Virus record (IMG/VR): IMGVR_UViG_3300037264_003220
Location: 26,281 to 90,280 of that record
Source: a virus
DNA length: 64,000 bases
Strand: one strand, 5' to 3'
Positions 1-10,711 of this stretch are shown here, piece after piece; within the stretch, counting starts at the first letter, position 1, and each line of letters opens with the position of its first letter. The notes below the pieces were generated by a model, which was not told the origin of the DNA, ran no database searches, and worked only from the letters and a program-made list of their open reading frames with translations. Position numbers and translations under genes: made by a program.

Positions 1-466
1 CCAATACTATATCTCCTTGAAGACCAACAATGGCTCCAGTAACAGCAAGGGTGTTCACGCCGGACGACACGGCTCCCCCAGGCCCACCAAGGAACGAGCG
101 AGTGTCGACAACAGAAATGACGTTCGCAGGCCCAGTGAATACTCGCGCCAGTGGAACTGACAACGACGGGAACCCAGATACATTGAAAGTGATGACGCCG
201 ACATTGCTGACGAACACAAAATTGGTCGTGTTTGGGGATAGCGTCAGCGCTGTCTGACCAAGGAACGGATAAATAGAACCACCAATTTGAACCTGACCAG
301 GAGCAACGTTGACCTTTAATCCCCCAGCCACCGTCACCTGGAGAGCAATGTTGATGGTCGCTAAGCTATCTGAAATATCAAAGTTGCGGCGAAGTGGAGC
401 ATCCCACGCCTGGTCTCCGTGACTAGGCTTCTCAAATCCGGCGTTAGGCGTAAATGTACTAGCCAT
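1..466 (-). CDS. Tail fibre/tail-associated protein, N-terminal part (runs off window start; not in ORF track)
   Basis: Manual translation from ATG at 466: MASTFTPNAGFEKPSHGDQAWDAPLRRNFDISD..., open to position 1. The T-x-N-x-G-x-x-K-P...W...N-x-D start is typical of tail fibre proteins; lies downstream of baseplate genes. Confidence 0.65.
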   Translation of the reverse strand, partial: MASTFTPNAGFEKPSHGDQAWDAPLRRNFDISDSLATINIALQVTVAGGLKVNVAPGQVQIGGSIYPFLGQTALTLSPNTTNFVFVSNVGVITFNVSGFPSLSVPLARVFTGPANVISVVDTRSFLGGPGGAVSSGVNTLAVTGAIVGLQGDIVL

Positions 467-1217
467 TTTTAATTCTCCTTAAAACAGTATCAATGTTATT
501 GACATCATGCTCCCAGATGACAGCACATTTATATCCATGCTTAAGATAATAATCTTTACGTTCAAATTCATCACAATATTTTTGCGTTCTATTAGGAAAG
601 TGCTCTGGACATCCATGCCAATAACAGCCAAAAATTTCAACAATAATCTTTCTTTGTTTATGAATGAAATCTGGATTTTTAGAACCTATCCAATGTTTGC
701 CATTGCCAACATATGAAAATGGTAATTTTTCTTTTAAAGCAATTTTTTTAAACATTAATTCTGGTTGAGTCGGGCGAACATTACGATTAAAATTTGATGC
801 GTTTTTAACACGAGCCGATGTGTTTGTCTTATATTTTTTAAGCAATTTTTCACTCACTCTTTGTTTGGCTTCAGGCGTCCATCGAACAATAATTCTTTTC
901 TTTTTTGATGGCGTTCTGCCAAAAAGCAATCCAAGTCTTTCTATTCTATGACTCACGCTAAATTCACTGCGTTCAAGTTTAATTGCGATTTCTTTAGCAA
1001 AAAGTTTTTTAGCGTTTTTCCTTAAAAAATCATCTTCATATTCTGTCCAAAGACGATGACGATGTTCTTTCTTGACAATCGTCCCATTCTGTTTAAGAAG
1101 TCTAATAATTTTTTGCATAGTGTCTTTGCACATCCCAGGAGCCGATTCGCGCGTACTTTGATTTGAACGATAATAGTTCAAGACTTTTTCTTGTATTTCT
1201 GGTTTTTGAAAAATCAT
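459..1217 (-). CDS. Free-standing Vsr/DUF559-like (PD-(D/E)xK) endonuclease with N-terminal HTH/Myb-like repeats
   Basis: C-terminal YVGNGKHWIGSKNPDF...IVEIFGCYWHGCP...VIWEHD; N-terminal WTEYEDDFLR and WTPEAKQR repeats; AT-rich; overlaps both neighbours. Confidence 0.8.
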   Translation of the reverse strand: MIFQKPEIQEKVLNYYRSNQSTRESAPGMCKDTMQKIIRLLKQNGTIVKKEHRHRLWTEYEDDFLRKNAKKLFAKEIAIKLERSEFSVSHRIERLGLLFGRTPSKKKRIIVRWTPEAKQRVSEKLLKKYKTNTSARVKNASNFNRNVRPTQPELMFKKIALKEKLPFSYVGNGKHWIGSKNPDFIHKQRKIIVEIFGCYWHGCPEHFPNRTQKYCDEFERKDYYLKHGYKCAVIWEHDVNNIDTVLRRIKNG

Positions 1218-2581
1218 GCCATTATCACAATAGTGCCTGCATTATCTTTAACTGTTTTAACCTGCCCATCCGCCAAATTAAGCCACCGACGACCAGGAAA
1301 TAAATCAATCGTAAGCGGGTCAGTGAAGCGAAGTTCGGTATTGTTTTCGCCAGTAATCGCGCGTAAATCTTTCGGAGTTCTTAAAGCTGAATTATCAGGA
1401 TTACGAATATTCCCTCCGCCGCCAGCTGGGTCGAATGGAAGCCAATTTACGGCGAACAGAGGTAAATATTTATTAACAACGACAGTGTTCGCATAATCTG
1501 TCGTGATAGCGACATTACCGCTATTATCCAAATATCCATAATATGTGTTGGTCAATTGTCCAGCGAAAGAAATCGTAATAGGGTTGACGCCGCTCATGAT
1601 GTTGATAGCTGCTTTTCGAATGCCATTCACGTACACAGTTTCAGTGGCGGCGAGATTTTGAATATTAAGAAAATCGTTTCCTGGGTCAACAATAATGATT
1701 TGTGGATAAAGACCGCTGGTCAACAAAGTCGCGTCCGGCATGATGATTTTGTTGTCGTGAGTTTCTTTTTGATAAAGCTCATTCAATGGTTCTAAGCTGG
1801 ACACGATGCCGAGGTCTGCCAAGGTAAGACCGTGAGGATTGACTGGGGTGATTGTTCCTGTTCCAATGGAGCGAACATGGTCATCCACGACATGCAATTC
1901 TTCAGCGCCATAGGCAGTTACGGCGTCAGAGCGGTCAGCTTTCGGCGTTTTCGTTTTAACTGTTTGAAATTTCAGCAGCGCATAAGTTCTGTTCGTATAT
2001 GAAATATTAACCGATGGAATTGGATTCCCGATGCCTTGTCCTTTGACAGACCCGACATAAACGGCGTTCGCGAGAGGAGTGATGATGGGGTCGTTAATTG
2101 TGCTGATGATGACTTGATACCCGTCAGTTTGCCGAGTGAAGAATTTTTCAGATGTAATCGGATGAATGGAAATTTGAGAAACGTCGATTGTTTGCAAATA
2201 CTGAATCCAGATATAATTCAGCGCATTGAGAGTGTAATCCACCAAAGGAACGGCGATATTTCCAGTTGATTGAGGGGTCGGCTTGCCGGAACCAGGGTCT
2301 GTTTTAGATGGGTTTGTTGGGTCATAAAGAACGTTCGCATCAATAACGATTCTTTCTCCGCCAAAATACGCCACGCCAAAACTAATATCAACGCGAGTCT
2401 GGTCTAGAATATTCGGAGTCATGGTCATTTCGAAGGCGCCGCCCGATTCTGAATGGACGACGCCATTGCCGACATAATCAGACAATCTTTCCTTGATTGC
2501 TTGCTGCGTTTGTTGGCTTAAAGATACGTTAAAATCCTCAACGTATGGTTCTGTCCCGCTGGCGAGTATCAATCCCTTCAT
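1214..2581 (-). CDS. Baseplate/tail-fibre attachment structural protein
   Basis: 455 aa, beta-rich; VDISFGVAYFGGERI and NPHGLTLADLG motifs resemble baseplate wedge/fibre-anchor proteins; position in module. Confidence 0.55.
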   Translation of the reverse strand: MKGLILASGTEPYVEDFNVSLSQQTQQAIKERLSDYVGNGVVHSESGGAFEMTMTPNILDQTRVDISFGVAYFGGERIVIDANVLYDPTNPSKTDPGSGKPTPQSTGNIAVPLVDYTLNALNYIWIQYLQTIDVSQISIHPITSEKFFTRQTDGYQVIISTINDPIITPLANAVYVGSVKGQGIGNPIPSVNISYTNRTYALLKFQTVKTKTPKADRSDAVTAYGAEELHVVDDHVRSIGTGTITPVNPHGLTLADLGIVSSLEPLNELYQKETHDNKIIMPDATLLTSGLYPQIIIVDPGNDFLNIQNLAATETVYVNGIRKAAINIMSGVNPITISFAGQLTNTYYGYLDNSGNVAITTDYANTVVVNKYLPLFAVNWLPFDPAGGGGNIRNPDNSALRTPKDLRAITGENNTELRFTDPLTIDLFPGRRWLNLADGQVKTVKDNAGTIVIMA

Positions 2582-2627
2582 GACAACACCCCTAAAAATT
2601 TTTCTTTCATATTTATTTTCCTTATCA

Positions 2628-3746
2628 TCATGTTGTAAAAACCAGTTCTACCTTAGAGTCTGCCGGAATTAATTGAATTATCAACTGTCTGAGATAATCC
2701 TGGTCAATCGCTAATCCGAAAGTGTTATGCACAGTCAGAATGAAAGCATGAGCTTTTTCAGCTTTACTGTAAATAGTAACGATTGGGGAAAGGGTTGGGT
2801 TCAGCGGGTCGCGAATATAATAATGCGGTCTATTGGGTTCTGGGTCTGTTTTGGAAAAAATTCTCCACCCAGTTAAATCTTTGATTTGAATGATATCCGG
2901 CTCTCGACAAGTAAAGGCTTTAACGATTTTATTAACAGCGCTGATGGTGCCGGAATATTCATAAGCGTCTTTAAGCTGAATCAACTGCTCTCTATATTCT
3001 TGGAGGGTTTGATTGCGCGGGGAGAAGCTGTAAAGAATGCCAAAATTGTTGTACAGGGATTCGTCGCGAACGGACTCAAGATAGATGTCACGCTTCGCCC
3101 TTATAGATTCGAAGGACATCTCCTCGATTTGACGAGCGTACTCTTTGGCTAAAATATAAACGTAGGTGCTATTAACATCCTTCGTATAGACATTCTCATC
3201 AGGATACGTTGCAAAAATTCTGTTGGTTATATCGGTTTTCAGGCTATCGTCTCTTGTGAGCGTCTGGGTGTCCGTCCAAGGACTTTCCAGAGTTGCACTC
3301 AATACACGAACCCTCCAATAATATGGAATAGTTTGGTCTTCAGCTCTAATTGGGAATGCCACCTCATAAGAAATGACAAGTTGTCCCTTGCTGTATCCTA
3401 CTAAACCACGGGCGCCTCCAGTAAAGCCGCCAATGCCGAATCCGTCATCTCCGAAGCCGCCAATGCCAAATCCTGTAACAGCATCCATCCCATTGAAGCA
3501 TCTGAGATTTGGGCTTGAGAAAGTCGGGTCGGTGTCGATGCAAAGTTCAAAGTCATACTGATTGAATGGGGCTGGAGAGCCGCCGACACAAGTGGTGCAA
3601 CATTGCAATGTCCACAAGAACACGTAAGCATTCTCAGATGCGCCCAAATATGAGCGCGGATTTAAAGGAGTCAACACGCTTATTTTTGGAACAAATTGCG
3701 TGTTAAAAAGACTCGTGTTGAATTGTGATGTATTAAACCTTGCCAT
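2628..3746 (-). CDS. Baseplate wedge protein (Ig/Fn3-like N-terminus, gpI-like C-terminus)
   Basis: YYWRVRV Fn3-like strand; C-terminal LYNNFG...YREQL...SGTISAV...IPADSKV pattern of wedge proteins that follow gpJ. Confidence 0.6.
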   Translation of the reverse strand: MARFNTSQFNTSLFNTQFVPKISVLTPLNPRSYLGASENAYVFLWTLQCCTTCVGGSPAPFNQYDFELCIDTDPTFSSPNLRCFNGMDAVTGFGIGGFGDDGFGIGGFTGGARGLVGYSKGQLVISYEVAFPIRAEDQTIPYYWRVRVLSATLESPWTDTQTLTRDDSLKTDITNRIFATYPDENVYTKDVNSTYVYILAKEYARQIEEMSFESIRAKRDIYLESVRDESLYNNFGILYSFSPRNQTLQEYREQLIQLKDAYEYSGTISAVNKIVKAFTCREPDIIQIKDLTGWRIFSKTDPEPNRPHYYIRDPLNPTLSPIVTIYSKAEKAHAFILTVHNTFGLAIDQDYLRQLIIQLIPADSKVELVFTT

Positions 3747-3753
3747 TAAATTT

Positions 3754-4953
3754 TTAAACCACCTCGGCTGCCCATGATGCTAAAGTCGACAATCCAATTC
3801 CATATTCGCCAACGATTGTTGGTGTTATTGATAACGTAAAGCCAGTGATAAATGGTGCCGTTGTTCCAACGCTGGTGACATTAGCTATCGTGCCATTCAC
3901 AACGGTCACGCTCGGTAAGGACGCCTTTATCGCTCTATAAACGACAGGAGAATATTGAGCATTGGTCGACCCTGCATAAGCTCTCAATGAAAATTGATTC
4001 GATTCATAATATCTCAAACACCGTGACCAATCATCGGCGCTCTGGAAGGGCTGATATTCCATTGGCTTAGAGCCATTCACGAGCATGGCAGAATCAAGCC
4101 AAAATTGACTCAATGAAGGGGATATGTCAGCGAACCCAATACCGACTTCAAGAAATGCCGAGCCAACAGGAACCGTATACGTACAAGTCAAACGCTGCCA
4201 AGCCGTCCCTCCTGAATGAGCCACAGAAAAAGAAGTCGCTGGAGTGGCATTAGAGATAAATGCTTTGATTCCTGGGACAGTAGATTTAACCCAGATTGAA
4301 AATGAAACCGTTTTCCCTATGAAATCTTGATAATTTTCAACAAATTGTCGAATGAAATAAGATGTAGACCCGCCCACGGCAGAGATTTGACTGGAAAGAG
4401 ACGCGCTGCCGAGATTGATATTGGGAGCGGATGTGTCCTTGGTTATGGTAAATGACGGGGCGCCGGAATAACTCACCTTCCACTTATCTGCCGTAAAAGC
4501 GTCAGTGATGGGGCTGGCAAAAGAAGCGCCGCGCTGCCAGATTTCAAACCCAGGGTTGACCAATAAATTATTAAAAGCATTCAATCGAATGCCATTTACA
4601 AGGTCATTTTCAATGGCTTCAACTTCATCTTGAATTGAATTATGATGAAGCGCGACATGGTTGACAGCCACGGAAACACCCGACACATGAGTTGCTGCCG
4701 TCGTTCCATCTGCTCCGCGAGTATACCCAGTCAAATTGTTGCCGGAGATGCCAGTGTAAGTGACAATTTCACCGTCTTCAATAGTGACGACCCCAGCCGT
4801 CGGCATCCCTGCGGTACTCACAACGGCGATGCCGCTTCCTGCCGTATTATCTCCGCTGGCTCCAAGGCTGCCATTCAAAGTCGTGGCGAAATTGTTTATG
4901 GCTCGCGGGATGTTTATATCTGAAACGACCGCATTAGGATATTGAGCTGTCAT
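3754..4953 (-). CDS. Tail fibre/receptor-binding-like protein with carbohydrate-binding-like domain
   Basis: TRGADGTTAATH motif, NLLVNPGFEIWQRG...ADKW and RCLRYYE motifs common in phage tail fibre proteins. Confidence 0.65.
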   Translation of the reverse strand: MTAQYPNAVVSDINIPRAINNFATTLNGSLGASGDNTAGSGIAVVSTAGMPTAGVVTIEDGEIVTYTGISGNNLTGYTRGADGTTAATHVSGVSVAVNHVALHHNSIQDEVEAIENDLVNGIRLNAFNNLLVNPGFEIWQRGASFASPITDAFTADKWKVSYSGAPSFTITKDTSAPNINLGSASLSSQISAVGGSTSYFIRQFVENYQDFIGKTVSFSIWVKSTVPGIKAFISNATPATSFSVAHSGGTAWQRLTCTYTVPVGSAFLEVGIGFADISPSLSQFWLDSAMLVNGSKPMEYQPFQSADDWSRCLRYYESNQFSLRAYAGSTNAQYSPVVYRAIKASLPSVTVVNGTIANVTSVGTTAPFITGFTLSITPTIVGEYGIGLSTLASWAAEVV

Positions 4954-5708
4954 TATTGTACCCTCATTTGTAAATTTACGTTCACTGCTTGAAACGTCCC
5001 CACCAACACTTCAATAACAATGTCAATCAATCTTGGGTCTTGGCTATTCGTGTTGATGGATAAGTTGTTTAACCCAAGAACAATTTCTTCTGCTGGCAAA
5101 ATATCTATTTCCTGAGCTTGAATTTGAATCAAGCTCTGTACCGCATTGACGATAGACTGCTGAAGCTTGAAAAAAATCGTCGGCGTCAACTTTTCTCCAA
5201 TGGCTGAGTTTAACGTGCTCCCATAATCAGGATTGAAAACGTTATTCCCGATGACAGTCAATAGCATCTTTAAAATATTCTGCCTCGCTCTGTCTATTCC
5301 TGTCAAAGTTGTCAGCTGACCAAGCCTGTCAAAATTAACGTCTTTGACGAATTTAAGCCCCAAGCATTTAGGGCAGGTCGTCAAAGGCGTCAAATAATCA
5401 ACTTCGTAAATCTTGTTCGGGATGACTGATGTCAACCCCTCAACAAAATTAACTCCTGGAGCAAATAAGAGATTGTTGAACTGCAATCTCTGGCTCCCCT
5501 GAAGAACAAAATCAGTTATCCCGTCCAAGAAAAACACATAGTTCGGATTCTGCTCTGTGTTGTAATGCTCTCGAACCTGAATCTCGTTCGTGTTCATATT
5601 GGTCGGGAACCTCAAATCCGCGTAATAAAACGGACTCATCCCATCCAGCATTATGACTTCATCACGGATGTGGTGGTCGCAAACAGTGTTAATTTGCAAA
5701 TCAATCAT
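4953..5708 (-). CDS. Baseplate sheath-initiator (gp25/gpW-like) with Zn-ribbon
   Basis: CPKCLG followed by QNILKMLLT..G.NVFNPDYGSTL, the gp25-like motif. Confidence 0.75.
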   Translation of the reverse strand: MIDLQINTVCDHHIRDEVIMLDGMSPFYYADLRFPTNMNTNEIQVREHYNTEQNPNYVFFLDGITDFVLQGSQRLQFNNLLFAPGVNFVEGLTSVIPNKIYEVDYLTPLTTCPKCLGLKFVKDVNFDRLGQLTTLTGIDRARQNILKMLLTVIGNNVFNPDYGSTLNSAIGEKLTPTIFFKLQQSIVNAVQSLIQIQAQEIDILPAEEIVLGLNNLSINTNSQDPRLIDIVIEVLVGTFQAVNVNLQMRVQ

Positions 5709-7153
5709 TAAATCACCGACATCCCAAGTAAACTATTCCCATCAAGCCGCAAATACTCAGTCAAACTCGCCTGGACGAATTGGTTGCTGCCTGACGACCC
5801 GCGCCGCGCCAATGTCGCGAATGGAACCACAATGGATGCCACCCCAGGAACCTGGCTCCGAATCTGGTACACCAAATCGCTTTGTTCCACTTTCGCTCCC
5901 AAACCGCCAGAATTGACAATGGTATTTAAGGCGTTGATGACGCTTGTCAGCACGGCGCCCTTGTCATACCCGCCATTGGCGACCGCAGTGAACCCAATGT
6001 CTATTATGACCATTGTTGCCTCTTTAGCTAAAGTGTCTGCTGTTAAAATTTGGTTGTTTGGGTCGTCCAAAATCAACTGCGTGTCTGGGACGTTTTTGTC
6101 GTAAATATATGCCACGGTGAATAAAGAGGCATTATCTGGCTTCATCCCAGGAATTGTCCATTGAACCGCGTCTAAAGATTTGACGGATTTGGCATAGGGG
6201 GAGGTCGTATCGTTCACCAAGGCATAATCGACTCCTTGTGAAAATGTGAACGGTACTGAGTTCGACAATCCGAGAACTCCAACAATGGACAATACGGGCT
6301 TATTATCGAGCACGTAGGTCAACTGTGAATTGTAAAATGTAGTGACTTGCTGGGCTTGAATCGGGTTCGTGCCCAATAGATAAATGTCAACCTCGTTCCC
6401 AAATTGAGTGCGCACCGCCTCGGCATCATTCGGGCCTACCACGGAAGCATCCTGAACCCCTTGCTGACTGATGACCAAACTTCGATACCCCGCCTTGGTT
6501 CCCAAATTACGAGCTTCCGCTTTGGCTATGACTCTTTGAGCCAAAGCAGTGTTGCTCTCAATATCCAACCCGCCTGAAGTCGCCAGCCTATTTGTGATGG
6601 AATTGATACCAGGAACGGGCTGTTGAAGAACGACAACGTTATTGGAACCGACGTTCCCTGACGCTCCAGCAAACACGGCTATAATGGACGCGGTAACGTC
6701 ATACGTGCCATAGGTCAAATCCTGAACGGCTGTCGACTTCAAAAAGACAGTCTGGCTGGTCACAAATTGAACCACGGAACCATCGGCTTGGCTTCGAGTG
6801 CTGACAACGACGCCTCCAGAGCCATCACTGGCTCCGATTTGAATATCGGCAGTGGGTTTATTGAAAGCCGAAAACGTGACGAATCCAGTGGCGTAAGCAG
6901 GCTGTTTACGAGACAAATTGTAATTGGCAGCCAAAGCGTCCATTTCTTCAGTAGTGAGGTCTGCGGCAAAAGCGACAGACTGAGCTTGTTGCAGCGTGGC
7001 GATGCTGGAGTAAGCGCTTGCAATTTCATTGGCTACGGCTTCAATAACGATATCGCGGAGGACGGTTCCCTCTAAAATATCCGCGTCTGGGCGCTTCAGC
7101 TTTATGTATGACTCCATGTCTGACACTATGTCTGCAAATGATTTGATTGCCAT
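5708..7153 (-). CDS. Baseplate J-like wedge protein
   Basis: LDALAANYNLSRKQPAYATGFVTF-type segment, AGASGNV, TSGGLDIESNTALAQR and GT..GY motifs of the Baseplate_J family. Confidence 0.9.
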   Translation of the reverse strand: MAIKSFADIVSDMESYIKLKRPDADILEGTVLRDIVIEAVANEIASAYSSIATLQQAQSVAFAADLTTEEMDALAANYNLSRKQPAYATGFVTFSAFNKPTADIQIGASDGSGGVVVSTRSQADGSVVQFVTSQTVFLKSTAVQDLTYGTYDVTASIIAVFAGASGNVGSNNVVVLQQPVPGINSITNRLATSGGLDIESNTALAQRVIAKAEARNLGTKAGYRSLVISQQGVQDASVVGPNDAEAVRTQFGNEVDIYLLGTNPIQAQQVTTFYNSQLTYVLDNKPVLSIVGVLGLSNSVPFTFSQGVDYALVNDTTSPYAKSVKSLDAVQWTIPGMKPDNASLFTVAYIYDKNVPDTQLILDDPNNQILTADTLAKEATMVIIDIGFTAVANGGYDKGAVLTSVINALNTIVNSGGLGAKVEQSDLVYQIRSQVPGVASIVVPFATLARRGSSGSNQFVQASLTEYLRLDGNSLLGMSVI

Positions 7154-7155
7154 AA

Positions 7156-8406
7156 TTAACCCACCTTTGTAATAACTGAGCCGATTTGCGCAGGCGTCAG
7201 CGGTATGACTGGAGGCGCTGAAATTGCTGAACCAGGCCCATTAACAACTCCAGGAACCACATGAGTATGCGTATTAAATAAGGGCGCCAATATATCAGCC
7301 AACACAGCCGGATGAATTGCCAGCGGCCCACCTAAATTCACCATTGACCCGCTTGCACCAATATTTACATTGGTGCCAGTTAAGGTAATATTTTGACTTT
7401 GCACAATAACGTTATTATCTCGAATGTCGACCATGGTTCCATTTGGAGATTTTACCGTCGTCCCCCCAATTCCATCCATCGTCACTATGCCGCCAGCTGC
7501 GTCCGTGGCAACCATCGAACCATCAGGCTTTAACACAATCGACACTTCTTTTCCATTTGCCGATACCTTAATAGTGTATAAATCATTTGCGATATGCGTT
7601 TCTTTCCCAACTGTAGTTGTTTGAATATCTTTTGGAACAGTAACGCTCATGCTTCCTTCTGCATCGACTTGAACATTGAATCCGCTTTTATGCGTAGCGT
7701 CATAATTTACATCTTGCTGATTAAAGGATTGTTTCTTCTCATCTTTTCTACGAATTGTTGCCGTTTCTTCATTGGCCGCGATAAGAAATAAATCATTAAG
7801 ACGAGCCGTGCCTAAAGTGACATCCCATATTTTTTCTTTTTCAGTGGCACTATCAATCGTCAAATTTTGAACATTATTGTCTTCTACATCGTCACGCACC
7901 TGACGAATAATAGTCCGCAAATTGGCAAATCTGTCCATATAAATCTCTGCGCCTTGAAATGATTTTAAAAATACTTCCCCGCCAGTGAGGTAACGCGTTG
8001 GTCTATAAAGAATCTCGCCCCCAGACACTTCAGACGCAGACGGAGGCAGACGATTCCCTTGAGCATCAATAGAGCCGCGTTCATAATAAGGATTGCCCTG
8101 AAGATAACCGACAATGACCGCATATCCACCAGGTCTAAAGCCAACAACGACAATATCGCCAGTGCGAGGATAAGCGAAGATTCCCCAACCTTGACCAGAC
8201 GCGGGGAACGTTAAAGGAATCTGGTCAACAGTGCCAAGACGAGTATCTACCCATTGAACTTGAGCCGTCCCATATGTTTGACGACGAGACGAACCACCTT
8301 GTTGAGGCGCGTTATAATCAATTTGCGTCAACACTCCAATGCGCAAATATTCATAAAAGTTAGTTTTTTCTGTTCCTGAATAAGGCGATGAAAAAAGTTC
8401 ATTCAT
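7156..8406 (-). CDS. Baseplate central spike (gpV/gp5-like)
   Basis: OB-fold motif YPRTGDIVVVGF, beta-repeat region and C-terminal FNTHTH (HxH tip). Start placed at MNELFS (8406), just after the upstream stop. Confidence 0.8.
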   Translation of the reverse strand: MNELFSSPYSGTEKTNFYEYLRIGVLTQIDYNAPQQGGSSRRQTYGTAQVQWVDTRLGTVDQIPLTFPASGQGWGIFAYPRTGDIVVVGFRPGGYAVIVGYLQGNPYYERGSIDAQGNRLPPSASEVSGGEILYRPTRYLTGGEVFLKSFQGAEIYMDRFANLRTIIRQVRDDVEDNNVQNLTIDSATEKEKIWDVTLGTARLNDLFLIAANEETATIRRKDEKKQSFNQQDVNYDATHKSGFNVQVDAEGSMSVTVPKDIQTTTVGKETHIANDLYTIKVSANGKEVSIVLKPDGSMVATDAAGGIVTMDGIGGTTVKSPNGTMVDIRDNNVIVQSQNITLTGTNVNIGASGSMVNLGGPLAIHPAVLADILAPLFNTHTHVVPGVVNGPGSAISAPPVIPLTPAQIGSVITKVG

Positions 8407-8407
8407 A

Positions 8408-10711
8408 TTAATGAGCCAATGTCTGAGTCGTATCAAAATTAGTATTTGTCGGCATACCTGTTATTTTTGTCGCTTTAGTGCTTGCATTTTTATTATCTGC
8501 GGCAACTTGACCAGCGATATAGGCTTTTTCTATAGCTAAAGCATCTGCGAAATCAATATCGACGCCATATTCCCAAATATACCCACCATAATAAAATGGA
8601 CTTAAACTTGGAGATAACGCTTCTTTTGTGAACAATTTTTGTGGGTTATAAATATGAGCAATTTCATCAGGACTATACCCATTTACTTTCATTGTCGACA
8701 AAATAGAATTATAAGCAAGGTTTAATTGCCCAGCAGATAAAACAGTAAAAATTTCATTTTTTAAAATATCTCTATCGAGTTTGCGTTGCATCACATTTCT
8801 ATTTTCATCGTTTGAGGCGACAACAAAAACGCCAGCGCCCGTCACGACACTTCCAGCAATAAGACCAGCCAAATCAAGGACGGGCATTCGTCGATAAGTT
8901 AAATTCATTCTGCATGTATAACGAGAACCAGGAGCAATTGAATGCTCGATAGAGTCAACATAAAAAAGCATATTGCTTGATTTCAAATAAATGTAATTCC
9001 CTACACGATAACGCGAATCTCCAATTACTTCCAAAGAACCACCAGAGAAAGCTTTGCGATTAATTCTATTTAGCACCGAACTCGCCCAGACATTCAAGCT
9101 TGCATTAGTGATTAAGCCGATAACTGGCTGAATGTTCAGCATTTTTTCGCCATATTTTTTAATAAGACGATTATCTTTGATGTATCCAAAAATACCTAAA
9201 GCATCCAAATTGGTGCCCAGTCGAATTTTCCAATTTCCTGTCACGACAGCTACATTAGCGATGTCTGTATTATCTTCATAAGTGTTTTCTTGATAAATAT
9301 CAGTATCGGCTATGGCATTAATATTTGCAGGATTAACTAATTGTTGAAGACTAACATTCACAGGACGGAATCGAACCACTCCTTCTTCAGTAGCAAAAAA
9401 TTCAAAATTAACTATATTGGCAAACTCTTGAAATAATTTTTGAACCTCTTTCCATTCGGAAATCCACAAATCAAAACCATTTCTAAAAGCTACATCATAG
9501 GCTGGCTGAGCCGTACCTTCAATGACCATAATTGGTTTTTTAACAAAATTAGAAGCTTGAGCAGTTACAAGTGCTTTAGTGTTTTTAAAAATTTGTGTGC
9601 CTTGAACTTTCATCCCAGTAGAGCCAGATGTGTCAATATATTGTGTTATGTTGTTACTTCTGTCGTCTTCGATTTTTTTACGCAAATTAGCTATTTCAGT
9701 GTCAATAGCATCACCTCGCTCAATGCCGACATTGCCTGAATTAATCGCTCCAGCTAAATTTTGAGTTTGAGTTGAGAAAAAATTCTTTTGTTTATAAAGA
9801 ACGTTGTATTGGTTGATTGAGGACGAAATAGATGGGATTGAATTAATTGTTGAAAAAGAAAAAGCTCCTACATTGCTAACGACCTTCTCAACAGCTTCGG
9901 CGCCGCCGCCATCACCTTGAACCCATGGAAAAACAAAAGCGCTTAACGGTATATATTGAGCCTCTGGGTCTCGGTCAATAAGTGCCTTGCGAATTGCCAC
10001 GCGAGAATATCGCAATCTTTTAGTCACATCTTCACAATCAAGATTGATTGTGTTTTGATTTGGCGCCTTGTTGCGCGTCACTTTATTAATGAAGCCAGTA
10101 AAACATACACGCAAAACATTATTTTTATCTGGCAATCGAATTACAATAATATCGTCTGCTTCAAAAATTGTTTTTCCGACGAGAAGTGTATTTTTTTGAA
10201 AACAATATTTGTTTAAATCATTTTTAATTGTCACGGAAGCAGAGCCAGCAGAACTCACTGACAATCTAGTAGACACATTCAAAACATCCTCAATGCCATC
10301 TATAGCTGATGAACGAACCCTCACCGCCCATGCAGGTCTGCTTAAATCAATAATTCCGAGAGCGACAATATCAATATAAGACGCATTGATGTAAAGCTGA
10401 ACTGGAGCCGCATCTAAAGCTGGAGTAAAACCTGGGCCAATCGCCGAAGTACGAATTGGGAATGTTCCTGGTGATGGTCGAGTATCTATAATTGGCTGAA
10501 GAATGACATCTTTTCTTTTAAAAATAAAATCAAGCTTGCCCTTAATAGTCGATATAAATTCAGAGTAATAGCTTTGAAAATTCTTCAATTCCGTATCATA
10601 ATCTTGCGGCAAAGCTCGAAGCTGCTTAATAACGAAAACGTCAAATTCTCTATCAAGAGCGATTTGATTTTCAACCAACGCATCTTTGCCGCCTGCTGGA
10701 TAAATATTCAC
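8408..10711 (-). CDS. Baseplate hub (gp27/gpD-like)
   Basis: FTGFINKV...CEDVTKRL, EFFATEEGVVRFRP, GDSRYRVG...FYVDSIEHS pattern of hub proteins. Confidence 0.75.
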   Translation of the reverse strand: MNIYPAGGKDALVENQIALDREFDVFVIKQLRALPQDYDTELKNFQSYYSEFISTIKGKLDFIFKRKDVILQPIIDTRPSPGTFPIRTSAIGPGFTPALDAAPVQLYINASYIDIVALGIIDLSRPAWAVRVRSSAIDGIEDVLNVSTRLSVSSAGSASVTIKNDLNKYCFQKNTLLVGKTIFEADDIIVIRLPDKNNVLRVCFTGFINKVTRNKAPNQNTINLDCEDVTKRLRYSRVAIRKALIDRDPEAQYIPLSAFVFPWVQGDGGGAEAVEKVVSNVGAFSFSTINSIPSISSSINQYNVLYKQKNFFSTQTQNLAGAINSGNVGIERGDAIDTEIANLRKKIEDDRSNNITQYIDTSGSTGMKVQGTQIFKNTKALVTAQASNFVKKPIMVIEGTAQPAYDVAFRNGFDLWISEWKEVQKLFQEFANIVNFEFFATEEGVVRFRPVNVSLQQLVNPANINAIADTDIYQENTYEDNTDIANVAVVTGNWKIRLGTNLDALGIFGYIKDNRLIKKYGEKMLNIQPVIGLITNASLNVWASSVLNRINRKAFSGGSLEVIGDSRYRVGNYIYLKSSNMLFYVDSIEHSIAPGSRYTCRMNLTYRRMPVLDLAGLIAGSVVTGAGVFVVASNDENRNVMQRKLDRDILKNEIFTVLSAGQLNLAYNSILSTMKVNGYSPDEIAHIYNPQKLFTKEALSPSLSPFYYGGYIWEYGVDIDFADALAIEKAYIAGQVAADNKNASTKATKITGMPTNTNFDTTQTLAH